Sequence record: MK250021.1
DNA: 64,000 bases
Direction: 5' to 3' (one strand)
Below the pieces are notes generated by a model, which was given only the letters and a program-made list of their open reading frames with translations, had not been told where the DNA came from and made no database searches. The position numbers and the translations under genes are program-made. Shown one piece after another: positions 51,314 to 62,417 of this stretch. Within the stretch, counting starts at the first letter, position 1. Every line of letters starts with the position of its first letter.

Positions 51314-51408
51314 ATTTGTTATTTAGTTTATATTACTTTATTAAATTCAAATTACAATAATCATATAATGTAAATTAGATAAAGTCTATAATTTATTTAA
51401 AATATTTT

Positions 51409-51813
51409 TTACTTACAAGGAATCCAATTAAACTCCATAGAAAATACTTGCAATCCTGGTTCATACTTAATATGATACATTTTGCAATCATTTCTATTTA
51501 ATGTAAATATAGTTCCTTGTGGTCCTTCTACTTGCTTAAGAATTAATACATTAAGAAGTTGACTTTTTGATGTATAAATAAACTTCTTACATATATATTT
51601 CTTAACTATTTCTCTTGATCCACAAACTGACTTTTGCCTAAGCATATACTTTTGTCCAATAACAAACTTTTTGTTAACAAGAGCTTTTGCATTATTCTTT
51701 GCCTCTTGTTTTGATAATTCAACAATAGGTTCAATTAATGCGTCTTGCTCTTGTTCTTGCTTAGTCTTTAGTTCAGATTTTTTTGGACTCGCTTCCATCA
51801 AAAAAAATCCCAT
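51409..51813 (-). CDS. Hypothetical protein
   Basis: 134 aa; start uncertain. Confidence 0.55.
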   Translation of the reverse strand: MGFFLMEASPKKSELKTKQEQEQDALIEPIVELSKQEAKNNAKALVNKKFVIGQKYMLRQKSVCGSREIVKKYICKKFIYTSKSQLLNVLILKQVEGPQGTIFTLNRNDCKMYHIKYEPGLQVFSMEFNWIPCK

Positions 51814-51830
51814 AACTATATATACTAAAA

Positions 51831-52952
51831 TTACTTTTTATCTGTATCTGTCAATGATACTTCAAGTTGACGTGCAAATTCACGCAAATGATGCTCATAT
51901 TCTTTTCGCTCCTCTGCACCACGTTCATGAATATTCTTAACTTCCTGAATAGTCTGAATAAGTTCCTGAGTTGTGTCCTTAAGTGTATCAAGTTTAATAA
52001 CCGATTCCTCACTTGCCTTTGCAACATTAACAGAATTCATATGCAATGCCTTTGCATTTTCACGAAGGATCTTATTCGTTGTATCAGTAATTCTTTGTTG
52101 TGCCTCAATAGAATTTTTCTGATTATTCATAATGATACTAATAGAAATCTGATTCTTCCACAACGGTAAAACATTATTTACAATATTATCAGACTTATCT
52201 GCAATTGCAATATTATTTTGCTGAGTTGCTCTAATCTGAAGAAGATTCTGCGTCAATACATATTCAGTTGTCTCCATATCAACAACCTTCTTCTGGATCT
52301 GATTCAAGAAATTCTGAGTATCATTAATCTCATACATTTCATAATCATTTGCATGTGCCTTCATATTTTCAAGTTCATCCTTTACTGCTTGCTCACGAAT
52401 TTTAGCAGCCAAAATCAACTCTCGTATTTGCTCAATATATGATACATTAGCATCAAAAATAACATTAAGTGTTGAGTTATCTCTCAATGCAACAGTACGT
52501 GCTTGGTCAATCTTTTCACCAATCTTAGATACACTATCCTTAATAGTATCATATTTTGTCATAATAGACTCAACAGAAGTCATCATCTTTCCAATAATAG
52601 GGAAATTACGCCAAAACTTCTTCCATCGTGTATTAGTATTAATCTCATCAATATCAATAAGATTAAGTTGTCCAAGAAGTTCATTTGTCAACTGAACAAC
52701 AACAGATGAATTATCGCCACGAACAGAATTCAAAAGGTTATCACCATTTCGAGAAATAACAGAGCTAAGTTCCTTACCATATGATGTAACAGTTGTCATA
52801 TCATGTCGATCAAGTTTCTCTGTCTTTTGTAGATACTTTTGCTTTTCATCAGCAGACATAACAGCAATACGCTGATCATAGTTATACTGATTTTGAGTAA
52901 GGGTTTCTACTTGTCCCTTCTCATTAAACATTGCTACTTTTGTATTATCCAT
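51831..52952 (-). CDS. telA: Toxic anion resistance protein TelA family
   Basis: 373-aa helical protein; VTSYG, FPIIGKM..KYDTI, DNSTL, QIRATQQNN, VLPLWKNQ. Confidence 0.8.
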   Translation of the reverse strand: MDNTKVAMFNEKGQVETLTQNQYNYDQRIAVMSADEKQKYLQKTEKLDRHDMTTVTSYGKELSSVISRNGDNLLNSVRGDNSSVVVQLTNELLGQLNLIDIDEINTNTRWKKFWRNFPIIGKMMTSVESIMTKYDTIKDSVSKIGEKIDQARTVALRDNSTLNVIFDANVSYIEQIRELILAAKIREQAVKDELENMKAHANDYEMYEINDTQNFLNQIQKKVVDMETTEYVLTQNLLQIRATQQNNIAIADKSDNIVNNVLPLWKNQISISIIMNNQKNSIEAQQRITDTTNKILRENAKALHMNSVNVAKASEESVIKLDTLKDTTQELIQTIQEVKNIHERGAEERKEYEHHLREFARQLEVSLTDTDKK

Positions 52953-53025
52953 TAACTTTAGTAATTTAAAATTATTAATTAAAATTTACATTAATATATA
53001 TAATAACTTATTAAAAATGTTTAAT

Positions 53026-53589
53026 TTACCAACCACATTTTTCAGTTATTAACTTTAATTTGTCTTTCTCCTCTTTTTTCAATGCATCAACTTCTTCTTT
53101 TACCATATGTGGATCATCATATATTTGAATTTTAGGTAAAACTTTTTTATTCTTATTACGACCCCACATTTCATTTAGATATTTGCTATATTTAGACATC
53201 GCTTCAAATCTATAATCAGGTGCATATCTATTATTATTTGTTGCAATATAATATAATTCTTCCTTTTTCTTATCAACGAAATCTTCTAATGTTTTGTTAT
53301 TACCTATATATCTTTCCAATAATCTATAATTAAAAGATGTATTTTGAATATTATCCGGAGTAATAGTATTTGCAAGAATTTTTTTACGTTCTCTATCAAT
53401 AACAATATATCTAAGTTCACATACGTTAAGTTCTTCGATAAAATTATCACAAACAGACTTATCATCAAATTCTTCTGCTTGTTCATTATCTGAATTTTGT
53501 GGAATACCGTAATTATTGATAGATCTAATCTTATCTATATAAATAACTACATATCTCTTATGCCATAAATATCTTCTATAATTATTCAT
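53026..53589 (-). CDS. Hypothetical protein
   Basis: 187 aa. Confidence 0.6.
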   Translation of the reverse strand: MNNYRRYLWHKRYVVIYIDKIRSINNYGIPQNSDNEQAEEFDDKSVCDNFIEELNVCELRYIVIDRERKKILANTITPDNIQNTSFNYRLLERYIGNNKTLEDFVDKKKEELYYIATNNNRYAPDYRFEAMSKYSKYLNEMWGRNKNKKVLPKIQIYDDPHMVKEEVDALKKEEKDKLKLITEKCGW

Positions 53590-53594
53590 AATAA

Positions 53595-54374
53595 TTAAAC
53601 TTTATCTTGACTAAATATATTATATGAAATATTAAATTCTTTCTCGTTATTTGTTATATTTTTAATAGTACCGAATTCATCTATCATAAATCCAGCTCTA
53701 CAATCCAAACATGCATATGTTTCTCTAAATATAGGTGTTTCTTGTTGTTGTGTATGTCCAAATATCTGATAATAAATATCATCTAATTTATTATCTTCAT
53801 ATTGTAATTCGCATTCATCAGCCCAAAGTATTGAACCGTATTTAGAATACCCTCCACGTGCATATCCTACATAATCAAAAACTTTTGCTAACTTTTGATT
53901 ATCATGTTTCCGTATAAGTTCATTTAAATATGTAATAGAATCATAAATATTCTTATGTTTTATTTCACCTACATATTCGTTTTTCCATTGATTACCAATA
54001 CATGAATGACTAAATGTTACCATACAATCATTTATCATTCTGTATGTAACTACTTTAAAATATTTTATATTATCAATAAACAATTTACGATATTCATCAG
54101 CATGCTCATAATCATATCGCGATCTAGATAAAAATTTCTTGCTGATATATTGTATATCATGATTTCCTAATAATAGTGTTACTTTATCAATATTTTTAGA
54201 TTTAAAATCAAGAATTTCTTTGAAATTACTTATAGCATCATCTATAGTTATTCCTTCATATCTATATGGATCCAAATAATCACCTAAGAATATAATTTCA
54301 TCACATTCTTGATTCACACATTCTTTCCAAAATGTACGTCCATGAATATCCGGTATAATTATAATTTTACTCAT
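53595..54374 (-). CDS. Metallophosphoesterase (Ser/Thr phosphatase-like)
   Basis: IPDIHGR, FLGDYLD, LGNHD, FSHS, FGHT. Confidence 0.85.
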   Translation of the reverse strand: MSKIIIIPDIHGRTFWKECVNQECDEIIFLGDYLDPYRYEGITIDDAISNFKEILDFKSKNIDKVTLLLGNHDIQYISKKFLSRSRYDYEHADEYRKLFIDNIKYFKVVTYRMINDCMVTFSHSCIGNQWKNEYVGEIKHKNIYDSITYLNELIRKHDNQKLAKVFDYVGYARGGYSKYGSILWADECELQYEDNKLDDIYYQIFGHTQQQETPIFRETYACLDCRAGFMIDEFGTIKNITNNEKEFNISYNIFSQDKV

Positions 54375-54427
54375 TAAATAAAATACTTTTATAAATTATA
54401 TTCATTAGATGATTATTTGTTTGATAA

Positions 54428-55474
54428 TTATTCAGATACATTATCTTTCATAACTTCATGATATTGTTCCTTTGCATATTCTTGCATATCAGGAACGTCA
54501 TCTGTTTCATCAATAATTTCAATATTGAGTATTGTTTCGATAACATCCTCCAATGTTACAATACCTCTAAACGTTCCATATTCATCAGTAATTGCAGAAA
54601 TATGTTCATGATTCTTTACCATATCATTAAATATATCTGATACATCTGTAGTATCAATATAGTTATGAATATCATGGACATAATCAGAAATCTTAATATC
54701 CTCCTTTGTTAAATCCAATTCATTCTTAAGAATATAACCACTACAATAGTTATTCATATTCATACAAGGAATACGAGAGAATGTATCACCATTAGAAAGA
54801 TATTTATATAAATCTGTATCTTTATGAACTGTTATATAATCCGCAATAGTTTCAACAACAGTTGCAGGCGTCATAATATCTTCAGCTTTATATTGATTAA
54901 GTTTCAATATACGTTGAATAATCATATTCTCTTTCTTATCAATTACTCCCTCTTTTGCACCTTCATCTGTCATTGCAATAATCTCTTCACGTGAAATAGC
55001 AACAGCATTATCATTACTAATAAGACGTGTTACAAAATTAAGAATCTTAACCAGTGGATATGTAATATAAATCATTATATTAATTACACGAGTAACATAC
55101 AATGTAATATTTTTCCAATAATTTGCACCTATAGTTTTTGGTAAAATCTCAGCAAACATAAGAATCAATACTGTAAATATTGCTGATATGATACCTATAA
55201 ATGAAGCGCCATCAATACCTTGTTCAACTGCATATGCTGATGCAGCTGAACCAACAATAGATGCACCTACTGTATTTGCAATAGTATTAATAATAAGGAT
55301 AGCAGACAATGGTTTATCCATATTTTCCTTAAAATTTCTTAATATATCTGCCCCAGATTTTCCTTTAAGTGTAGATACAAAAGACATAGGTGTAGAAGAC
55401 AAACATGCTTCACATAACGAGCAAATTGCTGATACCACAATGGCAATCAACATATAAATTATAATTGTTTCCAT
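54428..55474 (-). CDS. CNNM/DUF21-CBS membrane protein (CorB/TlyC-like)
   Basis: SLCEACL, ILIINTIANT, EILPKTIG, IMTP, FSRIP, DEYGTFRGIVTLEDVIE. Confidence 0.9.
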   Translation of the reverse strand: METIIIYMLIAIVVSAICSLCEACLSSTPMSFVSTLKGKSGADILRNFKENMDKPLSAILIINTIANTVGASIVGSAASAYAVEQGIDGASFIGIISAIFTVLILMFAEILPKTIGANYWKNITLYVTRVINIMIYITYPLVKILNFVTRLISNDNAVAISREEIIAMTDEGAKEGVIDKKENMIIQRILKLNQYKAEDIMTPATVVETIADYITVHKDTDLYKYLSNGDTFSRIPCMNMNNYCSGYILKNELDLTKEDIKISDYVHDIHNYIDTTDVSDIFNDMVKNHEHISAITDEYGTFRGIVTLEDVIETILNIEIIDETDDVPDMQEYAKEQYHEVMKDNVSE

Positions 55475-55479
55475 TTAGC

Positions 55480-55788
55480 TTAATCTTTTTTATAATAATC
55501 ATTCAGCCAATCACATTTTTTAAGATAATGGATATATTCACCATTACGGAATGATCCCTCTAAATATTGTGTATCATCCCATGTTTCTTCATGTGTATAA
55601 CCTGTCTGAAGACTATGACATAATACTCTTACATCATTACATTCATCTTCATTGAAATCAGTTAATAATGTAAATACCATATCACCTTCACCACCACCAT
55701 TACGGAATGTATAACCAGTTTTCAGATATTGAGGACGAGACCAGAAATCTGAATGATTCATAGGATAGAATTGTACTTTATTACTCAT
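55480..55788 (-). CDS. Hypothetical protein
   Basis: 102 aa. Confidence 0.6.
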   Translation of the reverse strand: MSNKVQFYPMNHSDFWSRPQYLKTGYTFRNGGGEGDMVFTLLTDFNEDECNDVRVLCHSLQTGYTHEETWDDTQYLEGSFRNGEYIHYLKKCDWLNDYYKKD

Positions 55789-55826
55789 AATTATTTTATT
55801 TTTAATTGTTTAATATACCATATTAA

Positions 55827-56090
55827 TTAGAATGGCAGTTCAGATTCAATAACACCTGGCTCTCCTAATGGGAGAAAATCCATACATGTATTAGTATTAA
55901 ATACACGATCAAATGCATACATTACAGAAAACTTTACAAACTCATCCTTATCAACAATAAGATCTGATGTTTCCTGCTGAATATATGATGCTTCTGCAAC
56001 TAATGTATTTAATGTATCATTATCAGTTAATTCTTTATTAAAACGATTCTTATATTCGTTTTTAATCATTTCTATTAATGTTGTATTCAT
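55827..56090 (-). CDS. Hypothetical protein
   Basis: 87 aa, downstream of promoter 56125-56132. Confidence 0.6.
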   Translation of the reverse strand: MNTTLIEMIKNEYKNRFNKELTDNDTLNTLVAEASYIQQETSDLIVDKDEFVKFSVMYAFDRVFNTNTCMDFLPLGEPGVIESELPF

Positions 56091-56124
56091 ATTTCTTATT
56101 TTTTATAATTGAATTATTACATCA

Positions 56125-56132
56125 CAAAGATA
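56125..56132 (-). promoter_or_regulatory. Bacteroidetes -7 promoter element
   Basis: CAAAGATA on plus = TATCTTTG on minus, 35 nt upstream of ORF 56090. Confidence 0.6.
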
Positions 56133-56202
56133 CACATATTTTTTAAAACAAAAAAATGATGATACTATATTTTTCAATATAATACCATCATTTAATATTT
56201 AA

Positions 56203-57366
56203 TTATTGTTCGTCAATATAACTATTTGAATCATCATTATCAATATTTTCAGATTGTTCATCTTCAATATTAGTTATACTCTTTAATATATTATCTTTAT
56301 ATTTTTTATTTATACATTTATTTAATATATATGGTTCCATAGTTTCCGATCTACTAAACATAAATCCATTTGATTCATATAAATTTGAATTCTTTTTACA
56401 TAAAGCAGATATTCTAGAAAATGCAACACCTGTTATCTTTTCCGCATCTTTTAATTTATTACATTTATATAACAATTTTCCGTTTAAATTAAATACATTT
56501 ACTCCTTTTTGTGTTAATAATATATCTTTATTTTTATAATTTACACAATAATTATATATTTCATTAGTCCATTTTCTAGTTAATGTAGGTAACTAATATT
56601 TTATTATATAATTTTCATAATAATATTTAAAAATAGTTCTTGCTTTCTTAGATGATATAATATAATAACCAAAATTTTTTGTTTTATCTTCTATAAAAAT
56701 ATTTGATGTTTTATCCTATAATATTTCTTCAAATCTTTGTTTTATATATAATAGTGTTTCATATGTTCCTACACAACTTATATATAAACGTTTACTTTTA
56801 TGTCTATTTTCATTATATACTCCTATAGAACCATCTCCATCTATTACACCTATAATAAAGCAATCCTTATATATAGTTTCTAATATTGGTGGTATATATA
56901 CATTCGTTTTCTATTTAGTAATATTAAAATTTTTATATAAATCATTCACTATCTACTCAGATAAAATATGAAAACTTACATTTTTAAATTTTTTATTATT
57001 TAAAATATTATAACCATAATATAATTTATATGTTGATGATATATTATATTTCAACTATTTTAAAAAATTCTCATCTTTTATTGATAATTTTATATTCAAA
57101 TTTTTATTTGTTTTATCTATAGAACCATCGGCAGCTATAAACCCTGCATAGTAAGAATTTATCGGATTTATTAATGAAAAATAATTATCATTAACATTAT
57201 AAATACGTTCTCCTTTAATATTTTTCTTTAGTTGTAAATTATATACCTTTTTCCAATATGTTAAATTCTTACAAATTTTACCGGTAATTTCTTTTGATGC
57301 AACCTATTCTGAAATATTTTTATTATTTGCATAATCTATAATTTCCTATAATATATTTTTATCCAT
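56203..57366 (-). CDS. Double-motif LAGLIDADG homing endonuclease (387 aa; several TAG=Gln)
   Basis: YYAGFIAADGSI and FIIGVIDGDGSI; track shows only the last 90 aa. Confidence 0.85.
56252..56279. repeat. 28-bp direct repeat, copy 2 (copy 1 at 57458-57485)
   Basis: GATTGTTCATCTTCAATATTAGTTATAC, encoding ITNIEDEQS in both the RNA ligase and the HEG. Confidence 0.9.
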
Positions 57367-57435
57367 TTATTAAAAAATATTTTATATATTTATATAAAAT
57401 ATGGAAGCATTTAAACTTAAATGCTTCCATAAATA

Positions 57436-58947
57436 TTAATTAGTTTCATTTTCTGATGATTGTTCATCTTCAATATTAGTTATACCTGCATCTAATTCTT
57501 TTTCTTCCTTATTAACAAAACGATAGCACTTCAATTTGAATGCACGAGGTATCATATCATCTATTTTAATTACAACACCTTCATGTGGAACTTTATTATT
57601 ACATTCAGGTGATAACATTTCCATATAAAAATTCTTATCACTTGACATCTTATTCCAAAAATTTTCGTGCCAATGATTAGTTATATCAAGCTCAGGATAC
57701 AAATCTTTAGCTTTACCATAATAATATTCAATTACAGGTGTTAATTCATGTTGAATACACCATACTTGTACTTCTCGTGGTGAAAATTCATGTACATCTC
57801 CATCAACATTTGTTAAAGTAATACGATATATCATTATCTTAAAATGCTTTCCATATGTATACTCTTCACCAGACTTTAAAGGTACACATCCATAATCATA
57901 TCCCTTTTGTATATAATTATTATTTGGAAGATAACCTACAATTTCTGCATAAATCATCATTCCCTTTATCATGTGTGGCTTTAATACATTAAATGCTTCA
58001 CCCCATATATCAAAATTATAGAATCCCTTATGATATACATTACCATTTTTTTCAGATTCCTTCATTATATACTGGTTTTTTATAACAGTTCTTGATGAAT
58101 ATAAATAATCATAATCATTAAATTCATAACCTGTTAAAAATTTCGCAATTTTCTGCTTTATAGTTAATTGTTTCTTACATAAAACATAACCAACACAAAG
58201 AGAAGTACCGTGCCATTTAGAACTTATATGTATATAATCATTAGGTTGAACAACAAATGGAACCTTCTTAACAAGTGCAGTGTCGTAATGGAACCTAAAT
58301 TGTTCTGGTATAACTCTGTTAAATCTCTTTAACTTTCGTTGTCTTCTCTTATATCTAGATTGATCACCTCCAGTTTTATTTCTCTTTATAAATATCTTTG
58401 GTATAAATTTCTTTGATAACCAAAATGATTTACCATTATGTTCAATAGTATCAAACCATGTTCCATCCTTTATATCATTCTCATTAACTTCTATATTAAA
58501 ATTATCTAATATAAAATTAAGAACTACTTGTAATTCTATCAAGAAACCATCTGATACACCATTAGGTAAAAATACTTTTTCAACTTCTCCAGTAGATGGA
58601 TCAATTTTATCCATTGTTGCTCGTAGTCTAATGGACTTCACTCTACCATTATCATCAAATAACCCAGTTTTATTAGGATTACTATTCATTTCATTTTTAC
58701 GATATAAATTAGCATATCTTAAAAATTCAGGATTTATTTGTGTACTTGATGGAAAGAATACATATTTTCCTGGTTGTGAATCCTTACTTACTATAACATT
58801 ATAAATTGTATCTCCACCTATTCTACAACACTTTAACTTGTTAACTTCAGGATTAGGATGTGGAGAGAAATCCTCTTCCTTGATATAAATTACACGTGAA
58901 ACATAATTAGGGTGTAATTCACTTTCCTTCGACTTAATAAACTTCAT
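57436..58947 (-). CDS. ATP-dependent RNA ligase with N-terminal extension (Rnl2/DRB0094-like)
   Basis: SKWHGTS, YAEIVG, YRIT, PHEGVVIK, FKLKC. Confidence 0.8.
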   Translation of the reverse strand: MKFIKSKESELHPNYVSRVIYIKEEDFSPHPNPEVNKLKCCRIGGDTIYNVIVSKDSQPGKYVFFPSSTQINPEFLRYANLYRKNEMNSNPNKTGLFDDNGRVKSIRLRATMDKIDPSTGEVEKVFLPNGVSDGFLIELQVVLNFILDNFNIEVNENDIKDGTWFDTIEHNGKSFWLSKKFIPKIFIKRNKTGGDQSRYKRRQRKLKRFNRVIPEQFRFHYDTALVKKVPFVVQPNDYIHISSKWHGTSLCVGYVLCKKQLTIKQKIAKFLTGYEFNDYDYLYSSRTVIKNQYIMKESEKNGNVYHKGFYNFDIWGEAFNVLKPHMIKGMMIYAEIVGYLPNNNYIQKGYDYGCVPLKSGEEYTYGKHFKIMIYRITLTNVDGDVHEFSPREVQVWCIQHELTPVIEYYYGKAKDLYPELDITNHWHENFWNKMSSDKNFYMEMLSPECNNKVPHEGVVIKIDDMIPRAFKLKCYRFVNKEEKELDAGITNIEDEQSSENETN

Positions 58948-59049
58948 ACTAGATTTAATTTTATTTTCCTATGTCATTCTTTAGTTCGAGTCTCCACTAC
59001 TCACGTATCACCAGATTATTTTTTAATAGGAAAATAATCAAACCTATTA

Positions 59050-59322
59050 TTAATATTTAGAAAACTGTTCATTCAGAACAGATAATTCTTTTTCTTTCTT
59101 AAAAATTAGCTTATCTAGGAAATCATCCATCATTCTCATTTCATCTTGATTTAGAATAATGTCAATATATGGTTTTCCATAATGATATGTTTGATAATCA
59201 CTTTTCATTATCCATTCAATATCATGCAACTTTTTTAATTCTTTACATGCGGATATAATACCTTTAGTCTTTAATATTCTTTCATGTAAAGAATTAATTT
59301 TTTTTAAAGTATCTTCATTCAT
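59050..59322 (-). CDS. Hypothetical protein
   Basis: 90 aa. Confidence 0.6.
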   Translation of the reverse strand: MNEDTLKKINSLHERILKTKGIISACKELKKLHDIEWIMKSDYQTYHYGKPYIDIILNQDEMRMMDDFLDKLIFKKEKELSVLNEQFSKY

Positions 59323-59325
59323 AAT

Positions 59326-59817
59326 TTAAAATAGTTTAACGGACGCATTAGTATCCATTCTTTCCTTCATACCATTATTATAATAATCAGCCAAAATTTC
59401 AGCTTTAATTTTAGGTGACAATACTTTCCGTACTACATAATCATAATTAAAATTAAAGAATTCATTTATAGCTATTACCATTTCATATGCAGATAATGTC
59501 TTCACCTCTGCTAATTTATTTTTCATGTAATAGAAGATTTTCCCTGTTTCTTCCTTAGGTATTTTTGGAACGACGAATGTAGATGTATCAACTTTATATT
59601 GTTCTGCAAATGGAGATTCTATCCATATGCTATATAATTTTTCTGCTGTATCTTTCCTTTCATGCAACAAGACTATATCATCTGTCATCGCATAATCATA
59701 CTAATCTGCGACTAAAGGAGATACAGTCATTGTTTGACTTGAAAGATCTGCATTATAGTCTGAACTCGCAAAATACCCATCATTACTAAGCATCTTCTAT
59801 GTATTAATTCTTGCCAT
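59326..59817 (-). CDS. Hypothetical protein (163 aa; 2 TAG=Gln)
   Basis: MARINT*KML..VAD*YDYAMTDD in frame with track ORF 59326-59688. Confidence 0.65.
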
Positions 59818-59883
59818 ATAATGTTTGATATTTTTTCTTTTACTATAATTATATGATAAAAATAGCAAATTGTTTATAATATT

Positions 59884-61392
59884 TTACATAGAAAATAAAT
59901 CTTGTGCTTGTATTTGTGTTTCAGTTAATCCTAATTGCGGAGTACTCATAGAATCAGATGCACCGGGACGAATACCAACAGATGAAGAATAATTATTTGA
60001 ATTATTATGTTGGTAATTATTATCTCCTTTATGCTTATCTTTTACTAATCCATCCAATGAAACATTCTCAGGAATAATATTTTCCTCAAGATTCTCTTCA
60101 ATTCTTAAATATGTAGGATTAAAATCAAATTTCTTCTTATCTCCCATGTGTCCAGAATTACGTATTGCTACTGCTTTCAAATAATATGTATTATCTACAC
60201 GCATTAAAGATGACTGAATAATACCGAACAAACTATCAACAGTTGCGATAAGACCTCCAGATTCTGAAACGTTACTCATACCAATATCAGTAGAATCATA
60301 TGCAGTTCTATTTGTCTGTGTTAATGATACAACACACCAATTATTTCTCTGAGCCATCGCACGAACATCCTCGCAGATAGATTTAATCTTTAAATATGTA
60401 CTTTCAGAATTTGGATTCTTTGCGTCTTTCATAATATTAACATAATCAATGAAAATGTTCTTAAACTTAAATGGTTTATCTTCTGTAGATAACTCTTCTT
60501 CTTGCTTAAGTAAGAATGACTCAATATCATAAACAGTTGCAGATGATGTAGGGAACTCTTCTATAATAAACTTACCTGGATTAATAAGTGAATTCATATA
60601 AAATTCCTTCATTTTCTGCATCATAAGATTTGTGTCTGATGCATACTTATCATATTCTTCAATTGGAATATTAAAAAGATTTGAACCTATACGTTGTGCT
60701 ACAAGCTGATAAGCCATCTCCAATGTAATATATGCAGAATTCTCACCATTTCTTACAGAATTCGCACATAGGTTACAAAGCCACATAGATTTACCAACTT
60801 TAGGTGACCCCATAAATACATTAAGAGTCTTATTTGCCCATCCGCCTTTCAAACATTGATCAACAAAATTATAACCTGTTTTCCTTGTTTCAAGTTCAGT
60901 TTGTTTATGATTAATTGGGTCAAAGAAATCATGTCCTTTAGAATTATTTAATGTAAAATTAGTTTCACTCTGAAATAATGATTTTATATGTTGTACAATT
61001 TCTGCACAATTTTCAAATGTAACTTCAGATTCTGTTGTCTTTACATATTCAATAACTCTTCGGAGACCTGTCATTAAATTCTACCATTCGCCAAATGCTA
61101 CTGTATTCTGTTCCAACCATTCATCTGTATATTGACTAACCATATCACGAGTTTGCCATAATGTATGAATTTGATCTTCTGTTACTTTATCATCTTTAGC
61201 TGCTAATCTAATAAGATCTATTGTTTGTTGCTCAGTTGGTTCTGCTCTAAAATCTAATATATGCGGTTTAACCACATCAAATATAATTTTTAATGCAGGA
61301 TTAGTAAAATATCTTCCTTTAAAAGACTATACAAGATTTAAATTCTTAATTATATAAAAGAATATGACGTTTTCAAGATACGTATTATTCAT
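59884..61392 (-). CDS. Replicative DnaB/T4 gp41-like helicase (502 aa; 2 TAG=Gln)
   Basis: GSPKVGKS, YITLEM, IFIDYVNIM, TQTNR, VSESGG; joins track ORFs 61081-61275 and 59884-61074. Confidence 0.85.
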
Positions 61393-61517
61393 AAATAAAT
61401 TATTCTACCTTTGTTTTAATTTATAGTGAGTAAAAGTATTAAAGTTTATTAGCAATTCAAAAATTAAGAAAATTATATATAGTTTTGTAAAACTATAAAA
61501 ATTTCTCAATTTTTATA

Positions 61518-62330
61518 TCATTTTATTGGAATTTTTGATGTTTTTTCAAAGATTTTTCTATTGTTTTCATCATTAAGTATATACCCACTGTGAATAACAA
61601 ATTTATCTCTATCAAACTCCCCATATTCATCTGATTTCATATGAACAGTTTCCTTATATACAAATCTTCCATATTTCTTTCCATCATCAAATGTATTCCA
61701 ATCAATATCAGTTGATTCTTTCAAAATATCTATAAGTTCATCTGCTTTCTTTGATGTACATTCCTTATGTGACAAATAAGTTCTTACTGTTTGTTGCTTG
61801 CTGTTTCTTATACAATCAAGTTGTCTATATAAGAACCATGTATAAACATCATTATATGATGGAACATTCCATGCTTTACAATCGAACTCATGTAATTTTA
61901 TATTATTAATAATATCAATAAGTTCAGATTTACTGAATTGCTCTTTACATGTTCTATTAATTGCTTCAATAATCATTAATTGATTAAACTTAGATGTTGC
62001 CATTGATGCACATAGTGGTAATATTTTCTCCAATCTATAACCAAAAAATGAATCTGTTTCTGGTGTATCAAAATCCGTAATAACAAGAGATATTTCATCT
62101 GACTGGACATATGCGAATTTACATCCTTGTATACATTCACATAAATATCTTGCGGTTTCATTCATAATATTAATGAATGTATCATCAAATGGTTTCTTGA
62201 AATATTTTTTAATGGTTGATGAAAATGATCTACCGTCTAACATAACCATTACATAACTATTTGGCATTAACTTATAATCTGTTAAACCACGAAGATATAG
62301 CATTCTATCTTCAATATTCTTAAATTTCAT
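61518..62330 (-). CDS. thg1: tRNA(His) guanylyltransferase Thg1-like
   Basis: MLDGRSFS, YVQSDEISL, FDCKAWNVP, RQLDCIRNS. Confidence 0.9.
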   Translation of the reverse strand: MKFKNIEDRMLYLRGLTDYKLMPNSYVMVMLDGRSFSSTIKKYFKKPFDDTFINIMNETARYLCECIQGCKFAYVQSDEISLVITDFDTPETDSFFGYRLEKILPLCASMATSKFNQLMIIEAINRTCKEQFSKSELIDIINNIKLHEFDCKAWNVPSYNDVYTWFLYRQLDCIRNSKQQTVRTYLSHKECTSKKADELIDILKESTDIDWNTFDDGKKYGRFVYKETVHMKSDEYGEFDRDKFVIHSGYILNDENNRKIFEKTSKIPIK

Positions 62331-62417
62331 AATTATACAAATATAATAAAAGGATATTATCAAATAAATCAAATATTTGGTAATATCCTCATGTTATTAA
62401 AAATTAAATATTCATTA

